A DNA stretch of 64,000 nucleotides from Alphaproteobacteria bacterium (GCA_965218865.1 CBDCME010000065.1:1156-65155); one strand, 5' to 3'; shown: positions 42,805 through 53,030, counted from the stretch's first letter. Notes: generated by a model not told the origin, from the letters alone. Numbers and translations: made by a program.

Positions 42805-43521
42805 CTATTCTTCTTTCTTGCCATCCGTGGTGATGACGCCCTTCTCGATGAGGTAACCAATGGCGTTTAGGAACTCGGTTTCCGATATCGTGCCTTCGCC
42901 ATACCATCGGGCCGTGTTTCTGACCCATTCGGGCACCTTTTCGTTCGTTTCGCTCGTAGAAGCCACCGCGCTTTCCTCGTCCGAAACGGCGTCGACCTCC
43001 TCCTCCGACGCGGTCTCGCCCTCCTCTATCGAGACGGCTTCACCCGCGACCTCAGCGGCCGGCTCGCTCGGGGGCGCCATCGCTTCCAAGGGGAATTCTT
43101 CCGGGGCGCCTTGTTCGGCGATCTCTGGAACTGGCGGCGTCTCATCCATCTCGAGACTCGGTTCCTCCTCGCCCGGCAATTCGTCGTCGCTCATGCCCTC
43201 TAGCTCCGGTTCGGCGGAAATGACTTCCTCCAGGCTGGATGTTCCCTCATCAATATCAGGGGTTTCGAGGTCCGGTGACGGGACGGCGGACGGCATTTCC
43301 GCCGTCGATTCCTCTAAGGGACTCTCGATGACATCGATTGTTCTTTCAGTGACCATATCCACCGCTGGCGAATCGTTCTCGGATGGCTCCTCGGAGACGT
43401 TGTCGGGGATATTCGTGTCTTCTGCGTCCTGGCCATAGACAAAATCCGTCGGCCAAACGACAATAAATAAAAACACGAAGCCAATAAGGCAACTAAACGT
43501 TGAGAATTTACTTGATTTCAT
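42805..43521 (-). CDS. acidic secreted protein with Thaumarchaeota-type C-terminal domain
   Basis: RBS GGAGG; signal peptide; E/P-rich linker; VPEWVRNTARWYGEGTISETEFLNAIGYLIEKGVI. Confidence 0.75.
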   Translation of the reverse strand: MKSSKFSTFSCLIGFVFLFIVVWPTDFVYGQDAEDTNIPDNVSEEPSENDSPAVDMVTERTIDVIESPLEESTAEMPSAVPSPDLETPDIDEGTSSLEEVISAEPELEGMSDDELPGEEEPSLEMDETPPVPEIAEQGAPEEFPLEAMAPPSEPAAEVAGEAVSIEEGETASEEEVDAVSDEESAVASTSETNEKVPEWVRNTARWYGEGTISETEFLNAIGYLIEKGVITTDGKKEE

Positions 43522-43712
43522 TTTACGTCCTCCCATTAAGTGTGATAAAAAAGTGATCATAAACGTTCTTTTATTTATCAATATAGTTTCTAAGTTCGCA
43601 TGGACTTGGCCATTAACGTGTATGGATTCAGGGGCCGAATGGCGTCCTTCCCCTCATAGGCGGTCGAGCATTTGGGCCAGAAAAGGGGCCACCGCGGTGA
43701 GGTGTCTTTGTG

Positions 43713-43920
43713 TGTCGGAATTCTTTACAGTGGCAACGCCCGGCTATCAAGGGGTTTGCCGTGGTTTCAAAAAAATATGTCGGAATACTTTACACCTGCG
43801 TATCGGTTAACGTAAATCTTCGTAACCTATTGAAACGTATGCTATTTCACGCATTGTGTTGGGGTGCCAAATGGCTTGGGACGTTCGCGCGACCCCAAAA
43901 AACTGTCGGAAAATTTTACA
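43713..43920 (+). promoter_or_regulatory. three enhancer boxes (PEP-CTERM box, PrsR-type)
   Basis: TGTCGGAA-N3-TTTACA at 43713, 43778 and 43904. Confidence 0.8.
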
Positions 43921-43922
43921 GT

Positions 43923-43984
43923 TTACGCTCTTGGCCTGGGATTCAGCTCTATCTTACGCTCTTGGCCTGGGATTCAGCTCTATC
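43923..43984. repeat. perfect 31-bp tandem duplication
   Basis: TTACGCTCTTGGCCTGGGATTCAGCTCTATC x2. Confidence 0.95.
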
Positions 43985-44037
43985 AGAAATTGAATTTTGT
44001 CTGCTATCTGGTTGTTTTTACGGAATTCCTATGGCAC

Positions 44038-44052
44038 TGGCACATGGTTTGC
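44038..44052 (+). promoter_or_regulatory. sigma-54 -24/-12 promoter
   Basis: TGGCAC-ATGGT-TTGC. Confidence 0.85.
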
Positions 44053-44155
44053 GAGAAAATTTGGGTGTAGGAACCTTGCGACGAATTCGACAAGTGGAGT
44101 ACAAGGTTACCTGCGGAGAGTGGCTTTAATAATAACGTCTCAAGAGGATCGGAAG

Positions 44156-45067
44156 ATGGTTTTTGATCGAATTATGCCGACGGCGGGACAATCTGCTGTT
44201 GTGAAAGGAACTTTTCTGACGCGGGTTTTTCCATCCCTTCTATTCGCTGCCGCCTTGATGTACGCGTTTGCCGCCCAAGCGGTGGTGATCGATTCCTTCG
44301 AAGATCTCCAGGGCCCCCAGACCTCGGTGGTTGGGGAGGTGGTGCTGGACAGCCAGCCGGCTGGTGGCGCCGCGGGCGGGTTTCGGGATATCGCGACGAG
44401 CGCGACCGGCGCTTCCGGCGGTAGTGTGACCGCCGGGGTCGTTGCGGGTGGCGGCGGCGGCGGCGGTGGCGGCTCCGGCAATGGCCTCCAAGTTTCGCAG
44501 ACCCCGGGAGTTACCGGTTCGACGACGATATCCTTCGATGGCGTCGAGGATACCGGCGGTGGTGGCTTGGGGTTGGATGACTTGGATTTAACTTGCGATC
44601 CAGTCGACGATGCTTGCGCCCTCATTATTGACGTCGGACAAATCGGTGGGGATGTTGATATTGAGATCGAGGTAATTTCGGCTGACGAATCTGGCGATAT
44701 CGCCGGCGTATCCAGTTTGACCCAGGACGGCACAACAGGCGAGAATACTTTCCTAATCGACGATTTCATCGGAGATGCTGTCTTCGGTGATGCCGATTTT
44801 ACGAACATCGATGAAATCACCCTTGAAATCACCTCCACCACGGCTCCGGGCGACGGGGAAGCGGCCGAGGGCGACGGGGAAGAGATACTCGTTGTCTTCA
44901 TTACGGATTTTTTCTCGGGGACGGCCCCGTCCTCCATCAAAACCGCTTCGGATGATTCCGGGTCGTCACCATCGGCCGGGTCGAGCGAAGTGCCAGAGCC
45001 CATGACTGCTGTGTTGTTGGGATCAGGCTTGCTGGGGCTGGGCTTCCTACGCCGTCGTCGGTCATAG
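44156..45067 (+). CDS. PEP-CTERM exosortase substrate
   Basis: Signal peptide ending AQA; G/D/S/T-rich body; VPEP-TM-RRRR. Confidence 0.92.
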   Translation: MVFDRIMPTAGQSAVVKGTFLTRVFPSLLFAAALMYAFAAQAVVIDSFEDLQGPQTSVVGEVVLDSQPAGGAAGGFRDIATSATGASGGSVTAGVVAGGGGGGGGGSGNGLQVSQTPGVTGSTTISFDGVEDTGGGGLGLDDLDLTCDPVDDACALIIDVGQIGGDVDIEIEVISADESGDIAGVSSLTQDGTTGENTFLIDDFIGDAVFGDADFTNIDEITLEITSTTAPGDGEAAEGDGEEILVVFITDFFSGTAPSSIKTASDDSGSSPSAGSSEVPEPMTAVLLGSGLLGLGFLRRRRS

Positions 45068-45599
45068 AATCGACGGATTGAAAAAGCGCGGGCCCGGGCG
45101 ATATCGGGCAAAAGTTTGGGATTTATATCTCAAAGTAACGAATGCGTGAGGAATCGCAGTTCTCAATTAACATCCTTTTTACCCGGCGGGGCGTTTCTTG
45201 ACAATATCCACCGGATTGAAAACCGCCGCGCGGATTGTCTCTGCGGCGGCTCCGGGCATGTCGTATGCCTTCTCCATCTCGGCCTTCGATGGCTGATAGT
45301 CGGCGGGGGGCAAGACTATTTTTCGCCTTGGGGCGTCGCGGCCATCCATTTCTACCTCCGGTCTGGAATCACTCGTAAAGAATATATTCTATTGACTCGC
45401 CCCGTCAAGCGGGGGAGTCTTTCCGGTGCAGATTCCATGGGTGCCCGCTCTGCCGGGTCGCCCGCTGAATACAACAGCCTTTTACCCGGCTCGGGGTAGC
45501 TCCCTGTGCTTGGTGAATAAGCGGGGATTATCTCACCCATGGGAATCTGCAACGGCCCGGCGCCAGCCGGGCCGCGAACCTCAACGATCGGAGAAGAAC

Positions 45600-46985
45600 A
45601 TGAATTTGAGGATTTCGGCCGCTCTCGCGGCTACAGTTGCCCTTGCGTCCTGCGGTGGCGGCGGGAACGATCCGGCAAGACTGGTATCTCAGTTGGATTA
45701 CACGCCTGTAGCCTACACCCATCGCAGCTACGCACCCTACGTTACTGGGTCGCGCTTACGGATCGGCGCCGGTGGGGACGGTTATGAAATCAGCATCGGC
45801 GGAGACCTGGAGCCGCGAAGCAAATTGCGCCACATAACTACCGACAACGGCATACGGTACTACCTCGGAGCGTCCCGTGACGGCGTGGGAGTGGAACGGC
45901 TGAAGAAATATGAGTTCGACTTGATCACCAGCAACGGAACCGTCCCAGCCAGTTTGTGGGGAGATGGCTTCAAGCCATTTACGGTCCAGCCATATTTATC
46001 TCTCGACCCTGATCTGATGGCCCCAGAAAATGTTGAGATTTTAATGGCCTTGTCCGACAGCGTTTTTATCTTGAACGATATCTTGCCCCCGGAGTTTCAG
46101 ATTTCGGCCGCCGGAGACACGAGCTCTTACCACGGCCAAATCAGGGTAAACCTTGAATCACCTGCATCAATCAGATCGATCTGCGGCGCTGGTTCGGTGG
46201 CGTGCGCGCAGAACACGCCACTGCTCGCGGATTCCACTTTTTCATCCGTTCTGTATCTTCCTGACGATTTCGACGTGTCGGAAACAACGTACACACGTTC
46301 AACGATCATCCATGAACTTCTGCACGCTCTTGGCATTCAAGGGCACGTGGACAGCGTTGAATTCCCCGACAGCATTATGGGAGGGGCAGGCGGCTACATC
46401 CCGAACCTCGGTCACATCATCAGCAAGATCGATCGGGAAGTGTTGCAGATCATGTACATGCGCCAGCGAACCGGCACCCACAACGATTGGGGCGAGTGGT
46501 CGGATACGACCTTCCACCTGACCGGCAGGACAGACGACGAGGCTTTGAACTTCGGAGTCGCCCTGTTCAACGGATTGCCACAGCCTTGGGTTAGGGGCGT
46601 CCTGCCTGATACAGTGCTTGCCGACAACAATCGCCTGTTCGGCACGGCCACATGGACTGGATTGCTGCTTGGATTCTCCGGGCCGTCTCCGATATATGGC
46701 GACGCCGAGCTAAAGGTAGGAATTTCAACCCTGAGCGATCCAAACAACGAGCAGGACTTGCGGTTTCGGGACATAGCTTTCCTGAACCGCTTCGAATCCG
46801 ACTCGCCGGATCGTTGGTTCAGCACACGGAACATCGATTACAAGGTCAACGTTTCCGGCAACTGGTTTCGTAACGTTCGTGGCGAGGGCCACGTCACCGG
46901 CGCCTTCCTCGGCCGCAATCACGAGCACATGGGCGGGACCGTCAAGAGGACCGACATGGTAGGAGCCTTCGGCGGAAGCCGCTGA
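45600..46985 (+). CDS. lipoprotein zinc metalloprotease with TbpB-like C-terminal barrel
   Basis: LASC lipobox; HELLHALGIQGH plus SIM Met-turn; GTATWTG...TGAF.G...GG...GAFGG. Confidence 0.8.
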   Translation: MNLRISAALAATVALASCGGGGNDPARLVSQLDYTPVAYTHRSYAPYVTGSRLRIGAGGDGYEISIGGDLEPRSKLRHITTDNGIRYYLGASRDGVGVERLKKYEFDLITSNGTVPASLWGDGFKPFTVQPYLSLDPDLMAPENVEILMALSDSVFILNDILPPEFQISAAGDTSSYHGQIRVNLESPASIRSICGAGSVACAQNTPLLADSTFSSVLYLPDDFDVSETTYTRSTIIHELLHALGIQGHVDSVEFPDSIMGGAGGYIPNLGHIISKIDREVLQIMYMRQRTGTHNDWGEWSDTTFHLTGRTDDEALNFGVALFNGLPQPWVRGVLPDTVLADNNRLFGTATWTGLLLGFSGPSPIYGDAELKVGISTLSDPNNEQDLRFRDIAFLNRFESDSPDRWFSTRNIDYKVNVSGNWFRNVRGEGHVTGAFLGRNHEHMGGTVKRTDMVGAFGGSR

Positions 46986-47046
46986 TATAGTGCCTTCCCC
47001 GGCCCGCCAGCCGGGGAAGGCCATCAACTCACGAAAGGAGGATTCC

Positions 47047-47283
47047 GTGAGCGAAGAGATACAACCCAAAAGATGTGCGTTCGAATTATCCGGACCCCAT
47101 AAGCTCCCCAATAAAGATGGTTACGCAATTTATTTGGCGATTCAGGGGGAAGGTGGATTCTTGACGGCAGGAGAATTCGATTCGATTGACGAAGCTAAGT
47201 CGGAAATGGATGAAATATTATCCACTCTCTTGAACCCAAGTCTTTCTATTAGCGAAAGAACGTCCGGGATTCGATCTTCGTAA
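47047..47283 (+). CDS. small cargo hypothetical protein
   Basis: RBS AAAGGAGG, GTG start, MSEEIQPK. Confidence 0.6.
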   Translation: MSEEIQPKRCAFELSGPHKLPNKDGYAIYLAIQGEGGFLTAGEFDSIDEAKSEMDEILSTLLNPSLSISERTSGIRSS

Positions 47284-47434
47284 ATTTCACCGCGATAGCA
47301 TCTTGGAGTAGTCATTGCGCAAACCTTTCTGTTTGTCATGGGAGAAATACAGATAACATGAACGTGTCCCCCGGCCTTGTCGCCTCCCAGCGTGGCCGGG
47401 GGACACCAATCACTCACGCCAAAGGAGAATCACC

Positions 47435-47638
47435 GTGAGCGAATACATTGAACCTAAGGGACGGATTGAGCATTGTTGGGTGCTGGGGGAGGCGGAAGGC
47501 CACCCTGAGACACAAGATGCCACCCTTGCTTTTCGAGTTCTCGGAACAAATTATGAAACGGTTCCGATTGCTTTTCTGATAGACCGCGAAGCCCTTCTTC
47601 GTATGAGAGACGCGATCCGAATTTATCTTGGGGAGTAG
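47435..47638 (+). CDS. small cargo hypothetical protein
   Basis: RBS AAAGGAG, GTG start, MSEYIEPK. Confidence 0.6.
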   Translation: MSEYIEPKGRIEHCWVLGEAEGHPETQDATLAFRVLGTNYETVPIAFLIDREALLRMRDAIRIYLGE

Positions 47639-47761
47639 ACACGGCAAAGCCCTCTCGGCTATATCGATCCGAGAGGTTGGTCCGTCTCGCCCGCTCCCCA
47701 GCGTCGGAGACGGCAGTTTCAGAATGGAAGGTGGCCTTAACCAGCCACCACTTCCCTTACC

Positions 47762-48736
47762 TTAAGCTCCGCGCGCCCCGCTTGACAACCCGTTATCGGC
47801 GATCAAATCCCGGTAGCGCAACCGCTTCCCATCAATCTTCCTGACCAAATCCGCCATTTGATTCACGGTGTCTTGTTTGCGCACGTTGTGGCGGCCGGAA
47901 AACTCATTCACGTACCGATCAAGGTGTTTGGGCGACATCTTGTGGTAAATGCCCTGGTACCCGCGTTTCAGCATCGCCCAAAAGCTCTCGATCCCGTTTG
48001 TGTGCGCCATGCTGCGCACGTATTCACCGGTCGAGTGGCACACGCTCTCATGATCGAATTTCATGCCCTTGTAGGCGCTGGCGTCGTCGGTATAGACCAT
48101 GGCGCCATCCTCGGCGTGTCCGCCCACGAAGCCCTGTAGCGTCTTCGCGGTCGCATCCGGGACGGCCTCGGCCCTGACCTTGCCGGTAGCGCGGTCTTTG
48201 ACGCCCGCGACGATGGCCTTGCCGACGCCGCCGCGCCCGGCGTGCAATTTCTTGTGAGCGTGCTTGTTGCGCTCTTTACCGCCGATGTACGTCTCGTCGA
48301 TCTCGACCGGGACCTTGAAGGGTCCGCTTGTCGTTTCAAAGCCCTCGCGGAGCCGATGGAGCATGAACCATGCGGCCTTTTGGCCGATGCCCAGGTCACG
48401 GTGAAGTTTCATCGACGAAATGCCCTTGATGTTGGTCGAAAGAAGGTAGATGCCGACTGCCCAAACCCGGTAGCCAAGCTTCGATCCCTCCATGACGGAG
48501 TTCGTCTTGACCGAGAAAAACGGCTGGCCTTCGCAGTCCCGGCAACGATGAGTCATCGTGGGATGCCTTGCCCCGGCTTGAACGTTGCCGCCATTGCAAC
48601 GCGGGCATCGGGGACCGTCCGGCCAACGTTGCCCTGCGATCCAGTCGCGGGCCGCTTTCTCGTCGTCGAACATGTCGGCGATCTGCAACAGGGTCAGTCC
48701 CTCGCGGTATGCTTTTCCGGGTGCTTTGTGAGCCAT
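47762..48736 (-). CDS. IS1595-family transposase
   Basis: Zn ribbon CPRC/CRDC, EIDETY, YTDD, HTNGIESFW. Confidence 0.93.
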   Translation of the reverse strand: MAHKAPGKAYREGLTLLQIADMFDDEKAARDWIAGQRWPDGPRCPRCNGGNVQAGARHPTMTHRCRDCEGQPFFSVKTNSVMEGSKLGYRVWAVGIYLLSTNIKGISSMKLHRDLGIGQKAAWFMLHRLREGFETTSGPFKVPVEIDETYIGGKERNKHAHKKLHAGRGGVGKAIVAGVKDRATGKVRAEAVPDATAKTLQGFVGGHAEDGAMVYTDDASAYKGMKFDHESVCHSTGEYVRSMAHTNGIESFWAMLKRGYQGIYHKMSPKHLDRYVNEFSGRHNVRKQDTVNQMADLVRKIDGKRLRYRDLIADNGLSSGARGA

Positions 48737-48833
48737 GCCATTTTCTCCGTTTCGTTATCCTATAGTAACGAATGGGCTGGCCGGAATCAAGAAGGGATCG
48801 TTACTTTGAAATATAAATCCCAAAAGTTTCATC

Positions 48834-48863
48834 TCGCGCCCCTTTGGGGCGCGATTTGTTTTT
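48834..48863 (+). terminator. intrinsic terminator, probably the original PEP-CTERM terminator
   Basis: TCGCGCCCC-TTT-GGGGCGCGA-TTTGTTTTT. Confidence 0.7.
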
Positions 48864-49070
48864 GCCGGTTTTCATAAATTGCGGAACCCTGCATGGGTGC
48901 CATGGAGCCGGCCTTGATGCCGATGATGGCCGTTCGGCCTTGGCTCGAATGGCGTAGGCTCGCGGACGTCCTGACAAATCCGTCCGTTTTCACTATCATT
49001 AGGGAATCGGCGCTGACGCACCGGGCAGGCCGAAGCACCGATTGATCGCGCGACCGGGCGTACACGGACA

Positions 49071-49772
49071 ATGACCGATAAATCGCGAAAGCTTCCCTCA
49101 CGGCCGTCGAACGTCGAGGTGGCGGCCTTTTTGAAAAAGGTTGCCGCGGCGCCGGCGCCGGGCGGGGACCGCGGGCGGCTAATCTTCGCCCTCGACGCGA
49201 CCGCGAGTCGGGAACCGACTTGGGACCGCGCGTGTCAGATACAGGGCCGGATGTTCGAGGAAACCTCGGCCTTGGGTGGGCTAGAAATCGCCCTGGCGTA
49301 TTACCGTGGATTCGGTGAATTCAAGGCCTCCGGGTGGTTGGCGGATTCGTCCACTCTGGTGCGGGAAATGACCGGCGTGGTTTGCCTCGGCGGGTACACG
49401 CAAATCGCCAAGGTTCTGCGCCACGCCATCACCGAAACCCGACGAAAGAAGGTCAACGCCCTGGTTTTCGTCGGAGATTGCGTCGAGGAGGCGGCGGACG
49501 ATCTTTGCGCGCTGGCCGGGGAACTGGGGTTGCTGGGTGTCCCCGCGTTCATTTTTCACGAGGGCCACGATCTGGTCGCGGGCCGGGCCTTCAAACAAAT
49601 CGCAAAGTTGACGAACGGGGCCTATTGTTCCTTCGATTCGGGCAGCGCCGACCAGCTTCGCGATCTCTTGAGTGCCGTGGCCGTTTACGCCGCCGGGGGC
49701 CGTCGCGCTCTCGTAGATTACGGTAAACGCGCCGGACGGCAGGTATTGCAGATCGCGCGTCAGGTGAAGTGA
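49071..49772 (+). CDS. VWA-domain protein
   Basis: FALDATAS MIDAS, VFVGD. Confidence 0.85.
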   Translation: MTDKSRKLPSRPSNVEVAAFLKKVAAAPAPGGDRGRLIFALDATASREPTWDRACQIQGRMFEETSALGGLEIALAYYRGFGEFKASGWLADSSTLVREMTGVVCLGGYTQIAKVLRHAITETRRKKVNALVFVGDCVEEAADDLCALAGELGLLGVPAFIFHEGHDLVAGRAFKQIAKLTNGAYCSFDSGSADQLRDLLSAVAVYAAGGRRALVDYGKRAGRQVLQIARQVK

Positions 49773-49787
49773 GAAAGAAAATCGGTT

Positions 49788-50510
49788 ATGACCGTCGGTT
49801 TTCTCGTTCTCGGTATCGGACTTTTTGTGGCGGCGTTGTTGTTTGCCCGCTGGTTTTCCTCGGCCGATCCGGCCGTTCTCGCCCGGGCTCTCAAGTGGGC
49901 GGCGGTGATATTGGGCGCTTTGGTCGTGGGATTTTTGGTGGTGACCGGGCGGGCCGGACCGGCGATCGCGCTTCTCGGTGCCGCGCTCATGCTCTACAGA
50001 GGTTTGCGCGGCCTTCCATTTCAGTCGGGCTTGAGCGCCGGCAGCCGCGCGCAACCCGCGGCGGGCCAGACCTCGCAGGTGGAGACCGAATACCTTCGAA
50101 TGCAACTCGATCACGACTCCGGGGATACTCAGGGTACCGTGCTCAAGGGTGCCTTCGCCGGTCGCGAACTCAACGATCTCGACCTCGAGGCGTTGCTCAC
50201 GCTATATGAAGAAATTCTTCGCTCCGACGAGCAGTCGGCCCGGTTGCTCGAATCCTTTCTTGAGCGCGGTCCCCATGACCGTTGGCGGGAGGCGCTTGAT
50301 ACGCGCCGGAAGGCGGCGTCGTCCTCTGTGAAGGGCCAGATGACCCGCGCGGAAGCTTGCGAAATCCTCGGTGTCGGAGCGGATGCTTCGGTAACGGAAA
50401 TTAAGGCGGCTCACCGCCGTCTCATGAGCGTTAATCATCCCGACCGAGGAGGTTCCGGCTACTTGGCTGCGAAAATCAACTTGGCCAAGGAAGTCCTTTT
50501 GGGTACTTGA
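49788..50510 (+). CDS. membrane protein with C-terminal DnaJ domain
   Basis: TM segments, HPDRGGS. Confidence 0.88.
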   Translation: MTVGFLVLGIGLFVAALLFARWFSSADPAVLARALKWAAVILGALVVGFLVVTGRAGPAIALLGAALMLYRGLRGLPFQSGLSAGSRAQPAAGQTSQVETEYLRMQLDHDSGDTQGTVLKGAFAGRELNDLDLEALLTLYEEILRSDEQSARLLESFLERGPHDRWREALDTRRKAASSSVKGQMTRAEACEILGVGADASVTEIKAAHRRLMSVNHPDRGGSGYLAAKINLAKEVLLGT

Positions 50511-50683
50511 GACGCGCCGATCGGGGGATCTCGCGCGAGCGCAAGGAATCAGCGCGGAGTTAACACGTTTCACGACATTTTTCCGCGAGTACGCTAGTAT
50601 CCACACGTTTTCGCCTTGCTGATTGATCGGATGCGGGGGCCGTTCGGCGATCCCCGCGGGTTCGGCGGCCTGGGATGGGGAGC

Positions 50684-51553
50684 ATGGGACGAGGAATCCG
50701 TACGGCCGTATTTCCGGTTGCCGGTTTGGGAACGCGATTCCTGCCGGCCACGAAGGCCATGCCCAAGGAAATGCTCACCGTGGTCGACCGGCCGTTGATC
50801 CAGTACGCCGTCGAGGAGGCGCGGGCGGCCGGCGTCGAGCGCTTTGTCTTTGTTACCGGTCGCGGGAAGTCCGCGATCGAGGATCACTTCGACCATTCCT
50901 TCGAACTTCACGAGACCCTTGTTGCCCGGGGTAAGGATGCCGAGATCGAATCGATCGCCGAATCGTTATCCGCGCCCGGTGAAGCGATCTACACGCGCCA
51001 GCAGCAGCCCCTGGGTCTCGGGCACGCAATTTGGTGCGCCCGGGGCATTGTCGGGGAGGAACCGTTTGCGGTATTACTGGCCGACGATCTCGTGCTTTCG
51101 GAAACGCCATGTCTCAAACAGTTGATAGACGTCCATGTCGAAACCCGTGGGAACGTCGTCGCGGTAATGAACGTGCCTAGGGAAGATACGCGGCGGTACG
51201 GTGTTCTCGATGTCGGCGAGGACGACGGGCGTTTGGCCGAAGTGGCGGGGCTGGTCGAGAAGCCTGCGCCCGAGGAGGCGCCCTCGACTCTGTCGATCAT
51301 CGGCCGCTACGTGCTCCTGCCCCAAGTATTTAGCCACCTGGAACGTCACGATCGAGGGGCTGGCGGTGAAATACAAATTACCGACGCGCTCGCGCGCATG
51401 ATCGGCGAAGCGCCGTTTCACGGGCTGCGGTTCGAGGGCGAGCGCTTCGATTGCGGCGATAAGATCGGTTTCCTTCGGGCCAACATCGCCTTTGCGCTTG
51501 CCCGCGCCGATACGCACGACGCGGTGCGAGCATTTCTGCGCGACCGTTCATAA
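50684..51553 (+). CDS. galU: UTP-glucose-1-phosphate uridylyltransferase
   Basis: PVAGLGTRFLPATKAMPKEML, VEKP. Confidence 0.95.
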   Translation: MGRGIRTAVFPVAGLGTRFLPATKAMPKEMLTVVDRPLIQYAVEEARAAGVERFVFVTGRGKSAIEDHFDHSFELHETLVARGKDAEIESIAESLSAPGEAIYTRQQQPLGLGHAIWCARGIVGEEPFAVLLADDLVLSETPCLKQLIDVHVETRGNVVAVMNVPREDTRRYGVLDVGEDDGRLAEVAGLVEKPAPEEAPSTLSIIGRYVLLPQVFSHLERHDRGAGGEIQITDALARMIGEAPFHGLRFEGERFDCGDKIGFLRANIAFALARADTHDAVRAFLRDRS

Positions 51554-51598
51554 CCCCGGTCGTTATCCCGTTTTTCCCAACAGCCGAATCGAAGAACC

Positions 51599-52936
51599 AT
51601 GCACATTGCGATGATCGGTACCGGATACGTGGGAATCGTTTCCGGCGTTTGTTTCTCGGAGTTCGGTGTCGACGTCGTTTGTGTCGACAAGGACAAGGAT
51701 CGGATCGCCCGCTTGAGGCGCGGGGAGATTCCGATTTACGAACCTGGCCTCGACGCCCTGTTGGCGAGTAATACTCGGGCCGGCAGGTTGTCGTTCGACA
51801 CCGATACCGCCGCCGCGGTGAAAACGGCCGACGCCGTTTTCATTGCCGTTGGCACGCCGTCCCGTCGGGGGGAGGGGCATGCGGACTTGAGGTACGTTCA
51901 CGCCGCCGCGGCGGAAATCGCCGAGGCGCTCAACGGTTACACGGTCGTGGTGACCAAATCGACGGTGCCCGTGGGAACTGGCCGACAAGTCGAACGGATC
52001 ATGCGCGAGCTTCGACCCGACGCCGAATTCGACATCGCCTCGAATCCCGAGTTCTTGCGAGAGGGTTCGGCGATCAACGATTTCATGCGCCCGGACCGGG
52101 TGATCGTGGGCACCGAGGCTCCCCGCGCGCGGGGTGTCCTTTCCGCCCTTTACCGACCCTTGTTTCTGATCGAGACACCGGTCCTCTTTACGACCCTCGA
52201 AACCGCGGAACTCACGAAGTACGCTTGCAACAGCTTTCTGGCGACGAAGATTACCTTCATCAACGAGGTTGCTAATTTGTGCGAGCATGTCGGCGCCGAT
52301 GTCCACGATGTTGCCAAGGGAATCGGACTCGACGGGCGTATCGGTCGAAAATTTCTCCATCCGGGTCCCGGATACGGCGGCAGCTGTTTCCCGAAGGACA
52401 CCGTGGCCTTTGTTCGCACGGCCCAGGAGCACGGTTCCCCTTTGCGAATCGTGGAGGCTGTCGTTTCCGTCAACGACCAGCGCAAGCACGAGATGGTGGA
52501 CAAAATCGTGGCGGCATGCGGTGGTTCCCTGACCGACAAGACGGTCGCGGTCCTCGGCCTCACCTTCAAGCCGAACACCGATGATATGCGCGAGGCGCCC
52601 AGCCTCGTCATCGTTCCTGGTCTGCAGGCCGCCGGCGCTTTGGTTAGGGCCTTCGACCCCGAGGGCATGGACGAGGCCAAGGGATTGTTGAGAGACGTCG
52701 AGTGGTGCGCGGATGCCTATTCCGCTATGGAGGGCTCGGACGCCCTGGTCATCCTTACCGAATGGAATGAGTTCCGGGCCCTCGATCTCCCGCGCGTGAA
52801 ATCTTGTCTTCGAATGCCGATCGTCATCGATCTGCGCAACGTTTACGAGCCGGCGGAAATGTTGGGGTTGGGATTCCACTATGTTTCGATCGGCCGGGGA
52901 ACGACTCCCCCCATCCCGCCCAAGGGTGACGATTGA
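51599..52936 (+). CDS. ugd: UDP-glucose 6-dehydrogenase
   Basis: GTGYVG, KSTVP, NPEFLREG, GGSCFPKD. Confidence 0.93.
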   Translation: MHIAMIGTGYVGIVSGVCFSEFGVDVVCVDKDKDRIARLRRGEIPIYEPGLDALLASNTRAGRLSFDTDTAAAVKTADAVFIAVGTPSRRGEGHADLRYVHAAAAEIAEALNGYTVVVTKSTVPVGTGRQVERIMRELRPDAEFDIASNPEFLREGSAINDFMRPDRVIVGTEAPRARGVLSALYRPLFLIETPVLFTTLETAELTKYACNSFLATKITFINEVANLCEHVGADVHDVAKGIGLDGRIGRKFLHPGPGYGGSCFPKDTVAFVRTAQEHGSPLRIVEAVVSVNDQRKHEMVDKIVAACGGSLTDKTVAVLGLTFKPNTDDMREAPSLVIVPGLQAAGALVRAFDPEGMDEAKGLLRDVEWCADAYSAMEGSDALVILTEWNEFRALDLPRVKSCLRMPIVIDLRNVYEPAEMLGLGFHYVSIGRGTTPPIPPKGDD

Positions 52937-53030
52937 GGGGCAAGCACCGGCCGCGAGGTTCTCCGTGTGTCGGCCGCGGCGCGAGGCCTTCGACGAGGCG
53001 GGGCGGCTCGAGAACGATTTTAGCCAACGC

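Larger units (their letters stand above)
45118..48821 (-). mobile_element. IS1595-family transporter IS with cargo
   Basis: 24-bp IR GGGATTTATATYTCAAAGTAACGA; 8-bp TSD AAAAGTTT. Confidence 0.92.

Noticed and set aside
43713-43984. Possible CRISPR-like spaced repeats
   Set aside because: Only 17-bp units with irregular spacing and no cas genes; better explained as enhancer boxes
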